This document shows, in pieces, positions 23,441-37,035 of a stretch of DNA of 64,000 nt. Both the position numbers and the translations under genes were made by a program. Location: NCBI GenBank assembly GCA_028023455.1, contig JAQFVV010000004.1:12214001-12278000 (forward strand). The letters are read 5' to 3'. The DNA comes from Epiperipatus broadwayi. Taxonomy: Eukaryota > Animalia > Onychophora. A model generated the notes under the pieces. It was not told where the DNA came from. It searched no databases and was given only the letters and a program-made list of their open reading frames with translations. Numbering within the stretch: position 1 is the stretch's first letter; each line of letters opens with the position of its first letter.

Positions 23441-26400
23441 AATCATTAGAATGATAAGTTTGTATTTTGTTACAATATATTATTAAAGTGTTGTTTAATA
23501 AATTTCTCTTTCAATAAATAATTATTTTAAATATTCCATGTTAATAAATAAACATTGTTGGATTATAGAGAGACTATTGGTTAAGATACTATAGGTGAAT
23601 ATCAACTGTGTAGTGCATCTTTTTCTATATTATTGATTTTTTTCTTCTATCACCCATTAAATAAATATACATATTACTCCATGAGTGTACATAAATAATA
23701 GATTATCATATAGAAATCATATCATCACAATCAATGCCTAAAATTAACCAAGAAAATATCGGTAATTGGTAGATACAGAGATACACAGATTTTCATTTAT
23801 TACCTGAATGTTGCCTTGACAGCAGATGGGTGATATTATATTGGTTGATTTTAAGCATTGATTGTAATAATTGTAACATATGTTTAGTAATCTTTGATAA
23901 TATAAAACTGATTATTAATAATATAGTGCATTAAATCATTTCCCTCCTCAAAATAATTTGCCATTACACTAATTAATATTTTACAATTATAATTAACATA
24001 TTTTTTGCTCTAAGCAAAATAATGTTCATAAGAATTTTAAACCATAATAATGATTGAGGGAATATATTTTACCTAATGTACACATTTTAACCCATTCATT
24101 ACTAAGTTGGACAGTTAACATAGCTGTTTACTTTATAAATGGTATCATAGTTTTGCTATTTTAGATCACCATTCTATGGCTAGTGATATTTATATAGATG
24201 CTAAAACTGGGAACAAACAAATATCGATTCATTAATTTTAAAAAAAATCTGAAGATGTCAGAATTTTTCAAAACATTTAGTAAAGATTAAAGTCTATGTC
24301 CACATGTTTAAATTATCTTTACTCTTTGATTGTTTTTGTTCTTTGTAACCTGATTTTCACATCATTTGCAAGGTTACTTCAAGATAGTTTTTGAAATAGC
24401 AAAAATATTTTTTTGTAGTTTTTTAAATATTTTTTATTTTCGCTCAATATTATATAATACTTATTTAAAACATGTATATACTTTGATTTTTTATTCATAT
24501 ATCTTTTATTTTTTAAAAATAAAAGTTAATAATTTGACTGTAATGTTAACAAAGAAAATTATTACAGCATTAAAATGATCAAGTTTTGTCATACTAATCA
24601 CATATTATGACCTGTCATTATTGACACTATTTTAGGATTGTTTGAGATGTTCTACAAATTACATTGCAATTGTAATATTTTAAAGCAAACTTTTACAGAA
24701 TTATCAGAGATTAATATTTATTCACTCATGCTTTAAAAATAAATTTAAATCAAAGCAGATTTTATTGCTTTTCCGAAGTTGTTCATTTATGCTGTTTTCC
24801 TGTCTACTATTCAATGATAAAAGCATTGTTTGTTCTCATTACTGACTGACTTTTTCAATGTTTGCAAAGTTTAAATATTATTTTTTAGAATGTTTTTTTA
24901 TTTGTAAACTTAAATTTGTAAGAAATCAACTCCTATTGAATTTTCATGTAGAATAAAAAATTTATACTAAAATAAAAGATTGAATATTGACAAAAACTGC
25001 TAGCCAAAATAGCAATATATAATATCAACTTATTAAAAAGTTAAAAATTAATATTAATATATGTCATTGTTATACATTATGAAAATATGTTTTTGATTAT
25101 TTACTGTACTGAATGAAAGTGGCATTTTAAAAAAAAATGTTTATCATTAATAATAAAAAACTTCTTTACTTTGAATATATCATAAATAATAAAAATTAAT
25201 TGTCTTGAAAGGAAGCTGGATGAAAATCAGATAAAATGCATTATTGCATTTTTATTCTATAATCAAAATATTATATAATGAGTAAATTATATGTTGTATT
25301 ATACATTTTTAGCAACAACATTGTTATTTTATTTTCCAATGACACAGCTTTCATAAAATCACTATCCTATAATGTCATCAATCATACAAAATAACTGCTA
25401 TTGTAAAAAAGTGGTGGTTTAAAAAAAGTCTCAAAAATTATTTTAAAGATAATAGCAAATAATCGATTGTAAATCAAACTAATACTATTAATTGATGATG
25501 ATTGCTATGGCAAGTCCTCAAATAAAGGTCTGTCACTAACAAGGATAAAGGTGTAAAATAATAATTTTAATAATGCTGCATATAAAACTATTGCAAATCC
25601 ATTGAACTCTCATGGTTTAGATTTAATTCTTTGATTCTCTGATCTTCCATTTTAGCTCATTTTTTCTCATACCAATTTCTTCTAGAATTTCTGTGAAGAG
25701 TTTTTGATAATTATTGTATTATGATGTACAAAGGAAGGGGTGAGTGATAAAAATATGGTGGACTTATTGAAAGTCCAGTTATAAAAATAATTATCTGTTT
25801 TGTTGTGATTTACCTAGATGTGATGTTTGTTAACAAGATAAACTCAATAGTTTATTTAATCTTATCCTCTTGTAAGAGGTAAACTGAGAATTTCTTATAT
25901 TTTCGCTGCAAATGCATATGCTAGAGATGTCAAATCATGTTTATATATTTGAGATCATGTCATGAGTATTGTGATCATGTGATGTTTAGTAATTCTGATA
26001 CTCATGACATGATTCAAATATATATTCAGAAATATAGAAATAATATTATGGGTTTGTTCATTTTGGAAATTAAAAAAAAAAAACTATTTCTTAAATTTCG
26101 AGATAAGTTCAAAATCTTATTAATGATTTTCAATTCTAAAGTGACATGTCATTGTTTCTTTGATAATTTCATCATAATTTCATTGATTACAATAATAAAG
26201 TTTGAATATTATACTCAATTTTACATAAATTAAATCATATTATTAAAATATATAGATATATTTTTACAAAACAAAAAGTCAAATTAAAAAAAAAAAAATC
26301 ATTAATTGGTTTATTTTATCAAAATAAAAATAGAGAAAAACATTATCAGCAGGGGGAAAAATCTATTTTGATCACTACGAATAAAATATTCTTCCTAAAA

Positions 26401-26673
26401 TAAGAATAAGATTTACATCTGAAACAATCGACAGCATTATAAAAAAAAAAGATTTAAAAAATCTCTTTTACAATATTTTTGATGAATAGAAAATGTGTTA
26501 ATTTATTTTAATATATTGGATATATTTTATTAAAATGACAAATTATTTAAAATAAATAGATTTTCTTAAATATTCAATACTTAATACAATGTAAAATAAA
26601 ATAATTAAATTATTGATTATAATGCTAAAAAATATTAAACTGCAAGAAGTAATTTCTCTTTAATATATATATA

Positions 26674-26782
26674 TTTTTTCCATATGTCATAGCATCGGCC
26701 GGGACGCGAACCCACAACCGTCTGCAACCAATTACTTGCTTGCAAGGCGGTTGCGATGACCTCTCGGCTAACAACGCTTGAC
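26674..26782 (-). mobile_element. tRNA-Gly(GCC)-derived short SINE or pseudo-tRNA
   Basis: A-box-like TAGCCGAGAGG. GGGTTCGCGTCCCGGCCGATGC matches the 3' end of insect tRNA-Gly-GCC as recalled. Ends TATGACATATGG plus an A run. Second copy at 28111. Confidence 0.75.
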
Positions 26783-27689
26783 TTTAATTATTTATTTGTG
26801 AATCAGTAATAGGTTTTTTTTTCTTTCTCTATTTTCTGAAGGGAGGAGGGACCACAATAAATATAAATAACTTTTCATATATTACAATAATCCGAATATG
26901 CATAACTCTATACTGCAATCCTATTAATAAATACCACAATAATTGAATGTTTAAATTTATCCACCTACTTCACTTTAGTAGCAGATGAAAAATAGTTCTA
27001 TTTTTTATCTATTTATAATTTAGATTGTGTAATTTAGGAGATATAGCTGAATAAAGTTAAATGTCCACTTGTGTTATTTATTGTAATAAATGTATATACA
27101 TTGTAATGTATGTACATTTATATCTTAAAATAAAGTCTCATAAAAAAACAAATGATCAAAAACGTCATAAAATGCCTTGATCTTAAATCGATAAAAAGAA
27201 ATAAACTGCCAGGAATAAATTATTTCTTCAATTAAAGATAAACATATAAGTTTCATCAAAAAAGGAAAGTAAAAATTTTTGCTCTATAGTACTTTATGCT
27301 CTTAATTTTATCATTTTTAATTCTCTTCAAAAATCACAAATTTAGAATATCATCATAACAAGGTTGTGTTGGCTTATGAAGAACATTTTGTGTTGAAAAT
27401 AAATAAAACCAATCCCTCACTAAAATTTCAGAATAATTCCAATAAATGACATATTATTTCTTAATAATGTCATCACAATTAATTCTTTTGTGTAAAAAGT
27501 AATATTTGAACAATTATTTCACATAAGTTAAATCTTATTATTGATATAATTTTTTAATTTTATTTATAAATAAATAAGTCAAAAAATTAAAAAATTTTTG
27601 AATGTTTATTTTATCAATATATGACTCTCATTTCTCATCATTGTAATCCTTTTCTGTATATTTTTAAAATGTCATTATTTTTAAAAAAA

Positions 27690-28010
27690 ATATTTCTATT
27701 CATTGCTCTAACTTTCAGACAGTTATAACTATTGGATTCTTATTTTACCATCCATTTTTTATCACTCATAAAATTTTCCATAATTCCTTAGAACTCTAAG
27801 CAAATGGTGAATATATTTTCTTTTCTGTTTTGTAATTTCCACAATAAATAATCTTTCTTCAGTTATTATTTTCAATATGTTAACACTGCATTTTTATTCA
27901 TTCCAACTGACATTTTCCAGTAATATTCAAATGAACATCTCAGACTGCTTCAATATTTTCACCCTTATTTTTTAATTATTCCATTTTCTATTCCATATGA
28001 AATTACATTC
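27690..28010 (-). mobile_element. RTE-like LINE 3' fragment
   Basis: Minus fragments VISYG, EAxEM, VSWNE and RKYIHHLLR in the expected order. Confidence 0.5.
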
Positions 28011-28110
28011 TAAAAAATAACAACTAATAAGTAATTTCTTTATAGGTCTGAAATTGAATATTTTACGTTTGATAATAAATAGTTTATATTGTTATTCTGA
28101 CTTTAATATC

Positions 28111-28214
28111 TTTTTTTCCATATGTCAATGCATCGGCCGGGAAGTGAACCTGTGACAATAGTCTGCAAGCAACTGCTTGCTTGCAAGGCTGCTGTGCTTC
28201 CACCAACAGACAAC
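28111..28214 (-). mobile_element. Second tRNA-Gly-derived SINE copy
   Basis: ccatatgtcaatgcatcggccggg...cttgcttgcaaggc shared with 26680-26750. Confidence 0.7.
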
Positions 28215-28879
28215 AAATTTCATGGAAGCTTAAAAGCAATACCGTCCATAAGTCTTACTTTTTAACATCTCCATTTATAATCATATTGTAGCTTTTGCAG
28301 TTAGCTACAAGTTTAAAAGAAAGCTATTATAATAATGTACAGGCTGCATAAAAATATAGTAGACTGAATTTCATTGGAAGCTATAGAGTGTGCCAATATG
28401 CTCTTTTTAAGATATTTTTGGCTCTTTGGAAAAAGATTAAAAAATAAAATAATAACATTATTTTATAATTGTATTAAAGAGAAAATAAGATAAACCAAGA
28501 GAAAATAAAATAATGAAATTTACTTATCATAAAAGAAACAAATTGGAAATGTTAAAATTAAAAAGAAAACTTAAGTTATTAAAAATTACCATTAGATGTG
28601 GTCTGCTTCAAAATAAATTCAAATTTGTAAAAGAAAAAAAAAACTATATTTTCTCTCTCTTGTCACTTTTAAATTTAAAATAATTAAAGATTAATTAAAA
28701 TATGTAACATAATTATTGAATGATAGTTTGATGTGTTGGGAAACTTTTTTAAAAAATATGTTTTGAAAATGTCATGAGAATTAGTTATAAATTGGCTGAA
28801 ATAATTAATTAAATCATAATATATTTTGCTAGCAGAGTGAATTATACTTCATACCTTCCATAGAAAAATTAAATACAGC

Positions 28880-29515
28880 AAGCTGTGTATTTATAAGTGG
28901 AAAAATATTCTCAAGAATGTGCAAAAATAACTAGGAAAAGGATTCAGAAAGTAAATATTTGTGCTGGTGTAAAATGGATGAAATTAATCATAGAATTAAA
29001 CTTGGTTGAAGTGCTTTTAATAGAAATAACTTGATACTAAAAGGAAATATGCATATGTGTTTGAAAAAAAAGTTTTTTTAATAAATGTGTTTTACCAGCT
29101 CTTACTTATGGATCTGAGATTTGGACACTTAATAGAATAGCAATACATAGACTTTGGAACACTCAAAAAAGTATGGAGAGATGTATGCTAGGAGTAACAA
29201 GAAGAGATTGAAAATGCAATATATGGGTAAGAGAACAAAGAGGTATTATTGACCTCATTAAAAAAATTAAAAGACTAAAGTGTAGTTGGGCTGAACATAT
29301 TGCTAGAAGAGATGACAATAGATGGACAATTGAAATCTTAAACTGGATTCCAAGAGATTGTAAAAGACCCAGAAAGACACCACATGTGAGATGGATGGAT
29401 GAAATAAGAAAGTGTGCAGGAGTGATGTGGAGAAGAGAAGCTAAAGATCAGAGAAGATGGTTTGAACTTGGAGAGACCATCCTGCAGTGGATTGATAATA
29501 GTTGATGATGATGAT
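28880..29515 (+). mobile_element. RTE-type LINE 3' end
   Basis: EINHRIKLG; CVLPALTYGSEIWTL; LKCSWAEHIARRDDNRWT; (GAT)n tail. Confidence 0.9.
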
Positions 29516-30041
29516 ATATACTTATCTTATGTACGGGTAATATAACTTTAACCTGAAATCATAGTATGCTAATATCTTTTTTTTATAATTGAGATTTTAA
29601 TTACTTATTTTTTGAAAGATGAAAAATGGAATGTACACAATATGTAAATGTATTTTTTTTTATTAATCAGAAATAATATATATAATTAAACTCTTATTAA
29701 ATAAAAATTATAATCAATTCCATTTTTATAATTTTTTTCATTGGTATATGTACATTTAATAAATGTTGTTTCTTTATGTGATTGTAAGAAATTAATAGAC
29801 TATATGTATATTAAATCATAAATATTGGCAGCTAATTGGTTGTCATATGTAAATTATATTCATGCTTAAACAAATCAATCAAATATATAATACTACTTGA
29901 CAACAGACTTCTGATATTCAAATATTGTTTAAGAATGAGAAATGTGATATTGTAATTTGTATATATGTGACATTAAATACAATTATTTTTCAAAGCTACT
30001 ACAGTAAGTAATTCACATTTTCTTCTTAAATAATATTCATT

Positions 30042-30420
30042 AAGGCTGTAGCCTCAAGCACATGTGTATAAAATGCGATAGTAGGGACCTCTACAGGTCT
30101 TAAAACCACAAGGGTGGCCTTTGAGCATTCCATCATCAGATTTTCAATTGGATGGACAGTTGAAGAGTTGGAGTGTGGAGTACATTGAAGCCTGTCCATT
30201 AAAGTAGGAGGATTGCTATCTTAATATATATCTGAGCACTTGTAGCATATATGTGTAGAGATGGTAATCTGGATCAACTGATGATTGATTGCTGGTTTAG
30301 CATGAAATACGTATATTGGTGATTATTTATCGTTTCGACATATGTGTGTTCAGGTGTATCAGTGTTATGAGATGGTGTGGAGAGTGGTGGGTCGTGTGAA
30401 AGTCTGTGCTCATACCCTGT
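30042..30420 (+). mobile_element. Element A, most complete copy (~380 nt)
   Basis: Contains the 5' segment shared with 36921-37035, the hammerhead at 30266-30322 and the 3' A/B-box-like segment. Confidence 0.85.
30266..30322 (+). ncRNA. Type I hammerhead ribozyme with helix II insertion
   Basis: ATCAA-CTGATGA(30278-84)-..TGCT/AGCA..-GAAA(30304-07)-TACGTAT-A-TTGGT; cleavage predicted after A30315. Confidence 0.7.
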
Positions 30421-32177
30421 CTATTAAAAATGATACATGTAATATGATGAAATATATAATTTATTATACTAAAGAGATATTATATGCATAAAAATTCATA
30501 TAAACCATGAGAAATATGTGTAATAAATGAATATATACATATAGTAAAATTTATTTATATATCATCCAATCTTATTTCATATGAACCATTGCTGAGAATT
30601 ACAGTTCTTTAATATAATAAATTTTTACTTTTAACAATAGATGCAGTGTCTATTAAAATGAAAGATGTGTTTTCTAGAATAGTTTATTATTTCATTTTAA
30701 TTTGTATAAATTAGGATAACATTTCATTTGTGCCACATTAATTTCAAGTTATAGGTTTAAAAAATATGGAATTTGATTAAGAAATAAAATGTTAAGAATT
30801 CCATTTTTTTAAAAAATGGATTGAACGAATAATAAAATGTATAAGTAATTGTATTCGTTTTAAAAATAATTTTAGTAAAAGTTCCTTATTGCATTTTGAA
30901 ATACATGTTGTTTTATTTTTAATATCTATAACCTGAAGCCCTGCGATGGGTTTTGCTTCGCAGCAGAAATAATTTATTATTAGTAGATTGGTTTCTCTCT
31001 CTTTTTTTTTAATATTACAAACATAGGACTTTTGACCAAAAAATGATAACTAACTTGTAAAATGCCAAAAGCAGTTTTAGATGAGTTGTAACAAATTACG
31101 TGACAATTCAAATTAAAACCTTTAAATTATTATCTAAAAGCAAGCAATAAATAACCTTTTAATAAATATTTTATTATTTAAACATTCTGCTGCCGATAAT
31201 ATGAATTTCAAAAATTTATAAGGTGTGTGTGTGGGGGGGGGTGAATAGATTTATTTTGAATATATAAAGTATTGATAAATATTGAAAATTTTATTTTTGA
31301 AATATAGTAAGTTGTTGGTAAATGTTGATTTAATTCTTATATTAGCAAATACTCTTATATTTTTTATTACATACATAGATAGAAATATTTTTATCCAAAA
31401 TATATTAAGCTCATCATACATTTAGCTATTGAAAAAAATAATATAAAAACAATATTTAGAACTATTCTTTGAATCAATTAATTCTGTCTTTAACTATAAT
31501 AGGAGTAAATAAACTCACATCATTTACATTTTATTAATATGTATAAATAGTAAAAGAAATGGTACCATATTTGATAGTGTCTTAATCTCAAACCAATGTT
31601 CCACTAAATGCTGCTTACCATAAATATACTGCAAAAGAAACACCCCAATAAACAAATCTCATCATAAAAAAAAAATAGAAAAGAAAAATGTGATCTGAAT
31701 TCCTTATAAAAAAAAGAAGAAAGAAGCCAAATTCATAGTATTGAAGATTAATGAATAGTAAAGTCCATTTTTATACTATGGAGGGAGGCTGAACAAAAAT
31801 TGATGTGCTTCTTTCAGAATTAGATAAAACTATAGAAAAATTAGATTCATAATGTACAATAAATGCATCTAAAATAAACATTTTTCTGACATTCTAAATC
31901 TTGGCATTTATTATGGTAACTTGTAAATTTAATAATAAACATCTGATAAAAGCATTGGAGATTTTATAACAATATACCATCTGTATTTATCTGAAAGTTT
32001 GTTATATTTTATTTCTAATTAAATGTTGGACATATTCATCATCTAGAATTAATTTTTACATATTTTTAGAAAAATTCAAAACTTTACTTAATTTTTTCAA
32101 ATACATACATCTGTTATGAATTGCAAGCAAATTAGTATATAAAACAATGTTTCAAATCTCTATTTGAGGTGTTGCTT

Positions 32178-32376
32178 GACTGACCAATCATAGTACTGGT
32201 TTAGGAATCAAACATGGAATTTTTAGATTTGTGAGTACTGAATTTAAAATGATAGTCTAATCAACTAGGCTATTTCTGTCAGTAGACTATTTGGTTAAAG
32301 CATCACATTAAATTCAGTACCCATGAATGCAGAAATCCCATGTTCAATTTCCATGCAATTACTGACATTGATCAGA
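32178..32376. mobile_element. Two tRNA-derived SINE heads arranged back to back
   Basis: Minus copy 32178-32277 (TAGCCTAGTTGATTAGA ... ATGTTTGATTCC) and plus copy 32278-32376 (TAGACTATTTGGTTAAAGC ... ATGTTCAATTTCC) share ttaaattcagtac. Confidence 0.7.
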
Positions 32377-32962
32377 TAAATAACACTTCAATAAAAGAAT
32401 AACAGTAATAGCAATATTGTTACATCTTAGTCTGTATGTCAATACTAATGTATTTGAAACATTTAAATAAAGTTTGATTTTTTAAAGGCATCTAATAATT
32501 AATTCTAAATAATGGAAACAGTCCATCATGTAATAGAAAACTATAACATCTAATGTTCATAGATTACTCAAGCTTAAAATAGATGGTTCTAGAATACAAT
32601 GAAGAAAATATCTGACTTTGTAAATAATTATTGGTATGTTGAAAGGCTAAAATATTGAAAGATGGGTTTATAAAAAAATAATATATGCATCATTACTACT
32701 AAGATTGTTTATGTGAAAGCTTATTATATCTTGTTTGCTTATGTATTGGTTTCTATTTATGGTGTTCTAAGGTATATATTATGTATTTATTTCACAGGAA
32801 AGTGTTATTGGAGTATGTGAAAATTTTGAAAAAATCAACAAAAAGTAGATATTTTAACATTTTTTTTTTTTAATATATAAATTTAAAAGATATATTTTTG
32901 CTTTATTGTTTTCATTGATATGAAGATATTTTTAAAAATAAGCTTATTTTGTCATGTTTAAT

Positions 32963-33750
32963 TATGAGGGGTTACTTAAATAGCACAATCATTCTCTGAA
33001 GAGTGAATGCATTGTAGTGCGTGCTGCTACCACTATATGCCTCTTGTGAGAACTCATTAGTCTGAAACTGACATCATTGAAGGAAGTTGTGGGACTCTAT
33101 AGTAAATGTTTTTATTAAGTGTGTCTTGCTTATTTGTCATTTTTTGTGATGGTTGAAAAGTTGGAACAACATAAAATGCTGTTTGCTGTTAGGGAAAATG
33201 ATAGGGGGGGGGCAGTTATAATGCTTGAAGTAGCTTTTAAGCAAGCTTCTCTGAGGAAAAAAATACAAGTTAACAAGTGATTTAATGAAAGTGTCAAATT
33301 CACTATATGGCCATGTCCCAAAAAAGTGTGGTGAGTAAAGATCAATGTCAATACTATGATGATTATTGAAAATGGCATTCTTCTCTCAGAATTTGTTCAT
33401 AATGATCAGGTATTTACTTATAAATTCTGAAATGACTGATGTGATAAAATGAAACATCCTGATTTGTGGCAAAATAGGAAGTGCAAGATTTACCATGACA
33501 AGACACCAATGCAAGAAACCTTGAGTTTGAAACCATTTTTAATTAAAAACAATATGACACAGCTTCTCCATCAGCAATATTCATTTGATCTCATTCTCTG
33601 AGACTTCTTTTTATTCCTCAAAAGGTTTTGAAGATTTGGAAGTGGTGAAGAAAAAAATTATAAAGGCATTAAAAGGCATCACTTTGCAAGAGTTTCAGGA
33701 GTATTTTGAAAAGTGAAAAACACATTTAGACCAGTACATTAAAGGGGATT
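32963..33750 (+). mobile_element. Mariner-family transposon, internally deleted and degenerate
   Basis: TIR-like TATGAGGGGTTACTTAAA; KCCLLLGK; HPDLWQ..YHDKTPMQ (HDNA motif); QYSFDLI..DFFLF (YSPDLAPxDF motif). Confidence 0.85.
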
Positions 33751-34160
33751 CTATTTGTAATGCCTAATTCTGTTCAAATATTAATAATACTTTTACAGAT
33801 ATAAATGAAAACATATAATATGTATTGTAGTATGATAAAAATTTGGGATTCAATGAAACCAAAGTACATTTGCCATAAATCGGATCAATCTCATTCTATA
33901 TATTTTTTTATTGATTTGATATCAATATTCCTAATAAATCTACAATTATTATAATAAATGATAAAGGTTTTAATGACAGAAAAAAAAAATTAAATTCAAA
34001 GTACTCATCTTTTTGGTTTAATTACAAATTCAAGAATTTTTTCCCCTCTAAGCTTCAATTATTATTTTGTTTTTTATTATATGTTATAAGTACACAGTTT
34101 ATATATACAGTATATATTACATTTTTATATGGATTTAATTATGATAAACATTTGCATATA

Positions 34161-34403
34161 TCATCATCATCATCATCAACCATTATCGATCCACTGCAGG
34201 ATGAAGGTCTCTCCAAGTTTAATCCATCTTCTCCGATCTTTAGCTTCTCTTCTCCACAACACCCCTGCACATTTTCTTAGTTCATCCATCCATCTCACAT
34301 GTGGTCTCTTTCTGGGTCTTTTACAATCTCTTGGAATCCAGTTTAAAATTTCAATTGTCCATCTATTATCATCTCTTCTAGCAATATGTCCAGCCCAACT
34401 CCA
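34161..34403 (-). mobile_element. RTE-type LINE 3' end, 5'-truncated
   Basis: Reverse complement of the 29280-29515 family sequence, including the (GAT)n tail. Confidence 0.9.
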
Positions 34404-34844
34404 TTATTACTATGTAACTTTTTTCTTACATGTTAAATATTCTTCAATACCTTTATTAAATGAAAGATATTATACTAATCAAATTAACTAAATGGCTCAT
34501 GATAATTAACAAGTTGCTCAATTCAAACTAGATAATAAAGATTAAAAATAAAATAAACTTGATTATTTAAAAGTATATTTAAAAAAATAAAATAAAAGAG
34601 AATATATATGCAAACTTGAAATGGAGTTTGCATATATATATTCTTTTATTTTATTTTTTAAAATATACTTTTAGATAATCAAGTTTATTTTATTTTTATT
34701 TTTAATCTTTATTATCTAGTTTGAATTCAGCAACTTGTTAATTATCATGAGCCATTTAGTTAATTTGATTAGTATAATATCTTTCATTTAATAAAGGTAG
34801 TGAAGAATATTTAACATGTAAGAAAAAAGTTACATAGTAATAAT
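34403..34844. repeat. Near-perfect palindrome, ~215-bp arms, 8-nt loop
   Basis: 34403-34616 is the reverse complement of 34625-34844 with few differences. Confidence 0.95.
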
Positions 34845-35615
34845 AAAGCACATAACATTTTCAAAGAAAACAAAAAATGATAAACAAGATTTAAATTTGT
34901 AAAGATAAATGCAAAATATTTGTAATAAATTAACTGAAAATAACGCAATAATAAGTTTTATTCCTTCTTTCTGATTTAACTTTAATATTTGTCAAAATAT
35001 ATTAACAGACAAATAAATTTATAATATATAACATAATCATAATAAAATAGAATAAAGCTTAAGTAGCGGGGATTTTTTTTTTTGGATTTCAATATTTATG
35101 GCTAATTGTAATTTTTTTTTTATTCTATTCTTAGGAAGACAGTTTTTGAGATCATCTTTTTCAATGTAAATGGAGTTAGCCTTTACCAAAAAATTCATAT
35201 ACATGTTGATCATAAAATAATTACGGGAATGTTTACTAGTATTCATTTACTTAGCATACCTAATCTAAAATATATAGCATTTAAATAGAAGATTTAATAT
35301 CTTCACATTTCTTTTTAGGATCATATGGAACAATATTAAATCAACTTTTTCCAAGTCCTCTTATGTTAAATTCATAAAATGATCAAATTTCACATCCATA
35401 TACAAAACTGGAAACGATAATGTCTTTTCATACAACTAATTTAGTTGCAGTAGTTATATCACTCTGAAGAAATAATTGGTCTTTTTATTTATTAAATACA
35501 TTAGAAGTACTTTAGGATCAGTCCTGCACCCAAAATGCCTATGTCCATATTTCATCCTGCAAAGCCATGAAAATATTTTAAATGATTTATATCCTCAAGA
35601 TGATAACCCTTGACA

Positions 35616-35858
35616 TTAAACATCATATGATCACCATTTCTTATGCTTCCTTACAACTGTTATTAAAATAGACAAAACTCTCTATACGTATTGCCATTCA
35701 ATGTAAGCCAAAGTAATCAATGGATGCCAGAAACTAGTCTGGGAATATTGGATGAATAGGCACTAGATGTAAATTTTATGCACAGGCCTTCTGGTATCCA
35801 TTGATTATTCTGGATTGCATTGAGTGGCAATACATATAGAGAGTTTTGTCTGTTTTAA
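35616..35858 (+). mobile_element. Family C: 70-bp inverted arms plus a one-sided ~47-nt extension
   Basis: Arms 35663-35732 / 35789-35858; the head taaacatcatatgatcacc is shared with three other copies. Confidence 0.75.
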
Positions 35859-36734
35859 CTCTTGACATTCTGAATTGCTGATAATTTTATTCCACCACAA
35901 GCTAATAAAAATTTGAATTTTTAAAATATCAATAACTTAATCCAAATTATCATTGGTATTTGAACATTCTACATATTATGTTTTAAATTAAATTATTTCC
36001 AAAATCTCCAACTTTGACACTAGGCAAAAAAAATCCAAATAAGACTTCGAAACAGCTAACATTTACCAAGTTGAAATGCTTACACTAGATTCGGTTTCAA
36101 AGCAACTTATTATTGATTCTATTGCCTCAATCTAGATTGTGATTCACACTATGATAAATTTGTGCCTATAATTTCTTTTTTAATGTTCAAAGTAAAAGAA
36201 AAAAGCTAGGAGTGATGCACAATATAGAATCTTCTTATTACAATTATTACAAGGAAGTAATCAATGGCATAAGAGACTCATGATGGCTATACTATGTTCA
36301 GTTGCAAAATAAAACAAGATAAAAAAATAAAGAAAGAATAAATGAAACAACACAGCAAAGAAAGACGGAAATGTTATTTTGCATCACAAATAATAGCTGG
36401 TTTCTGATTACTATCATATTATTACATGGCAAAAAAAGATAGTTTTGACTGGGCATCTGTATTGATTATACGTAGTCATATTTGAAGATCTGTATATTTT
36501 ATCCATATAACAAATCTTTCACTATTCTGGACTGAAATTTATCATTTGACAATAATATTTCAAAAATACACACATTGTTAATATAGCATGCTTGGACTAC
36601 AAATTTTATGCTAGATACCTTTTTTCCTATCCAATATGTAAATATTAATTTAAATATACTTTAAATGGTTGGTGCAAAGACAAAGTAGCACACTGCAGCT
36701 CAAAATCCATAGATTTAGCCTAGTTCTGTCATTT

Positions 36735-36904
36735 CCAGTAACTTCTTAAGGATTCTTGAGCAATAAGTCATTTGATTACATATATATGAATATTATTATA
36801 AGTTAAATACCGGCCTTAGCCAGTAACTTCTTAAGGATTCTTGAGCAATAAGTCATTTGATTACATATATATGAATATAATTATAAGTTAAATACCGGCC
36901 TTAG
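36735..36904. repeat. 85-bp tandem duplication
   Basis: 36735-36819 and 36820-36904, one mismatch. Confidence 0.95.
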
Positions 36905-36920
36905 TTAGATAAATAATAAA

Positions 36921-37035
36921 TGTGTAAAATGCGATAGTAGGGACCTCTACAGGTATTTAACCACAAGCTGGTTAAACACCTGTAGAGATTCCTACTATCG
37001 CATTTTACACGCATATTCTCGAAGTTATAGCCTCA
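36921..37035 (-). repeat. Fold-back hairpin of the element A 5' end
   Basis: ~43-bp arms around loop CAAGC; aaaatgcgatagtagggacctctacaggt is identical to ~30070-30098. Confidence 0.85.

Noticed and set aside
25686-25739. Segment bounded by TAG and GTGAGT
   Set aside because: All frames are closed; at best an untestable UTR exon.
34129-34491. 120-aa ORF with a His run
   Set aside because: Antisense of the RTE 3' end; the His run is the (GAT)n tail.
36735-36904. Direct repeats as CRISPR-like
   Set aside because: Two adjacent copies with no spacer; eukaryotic context and no cas genes.
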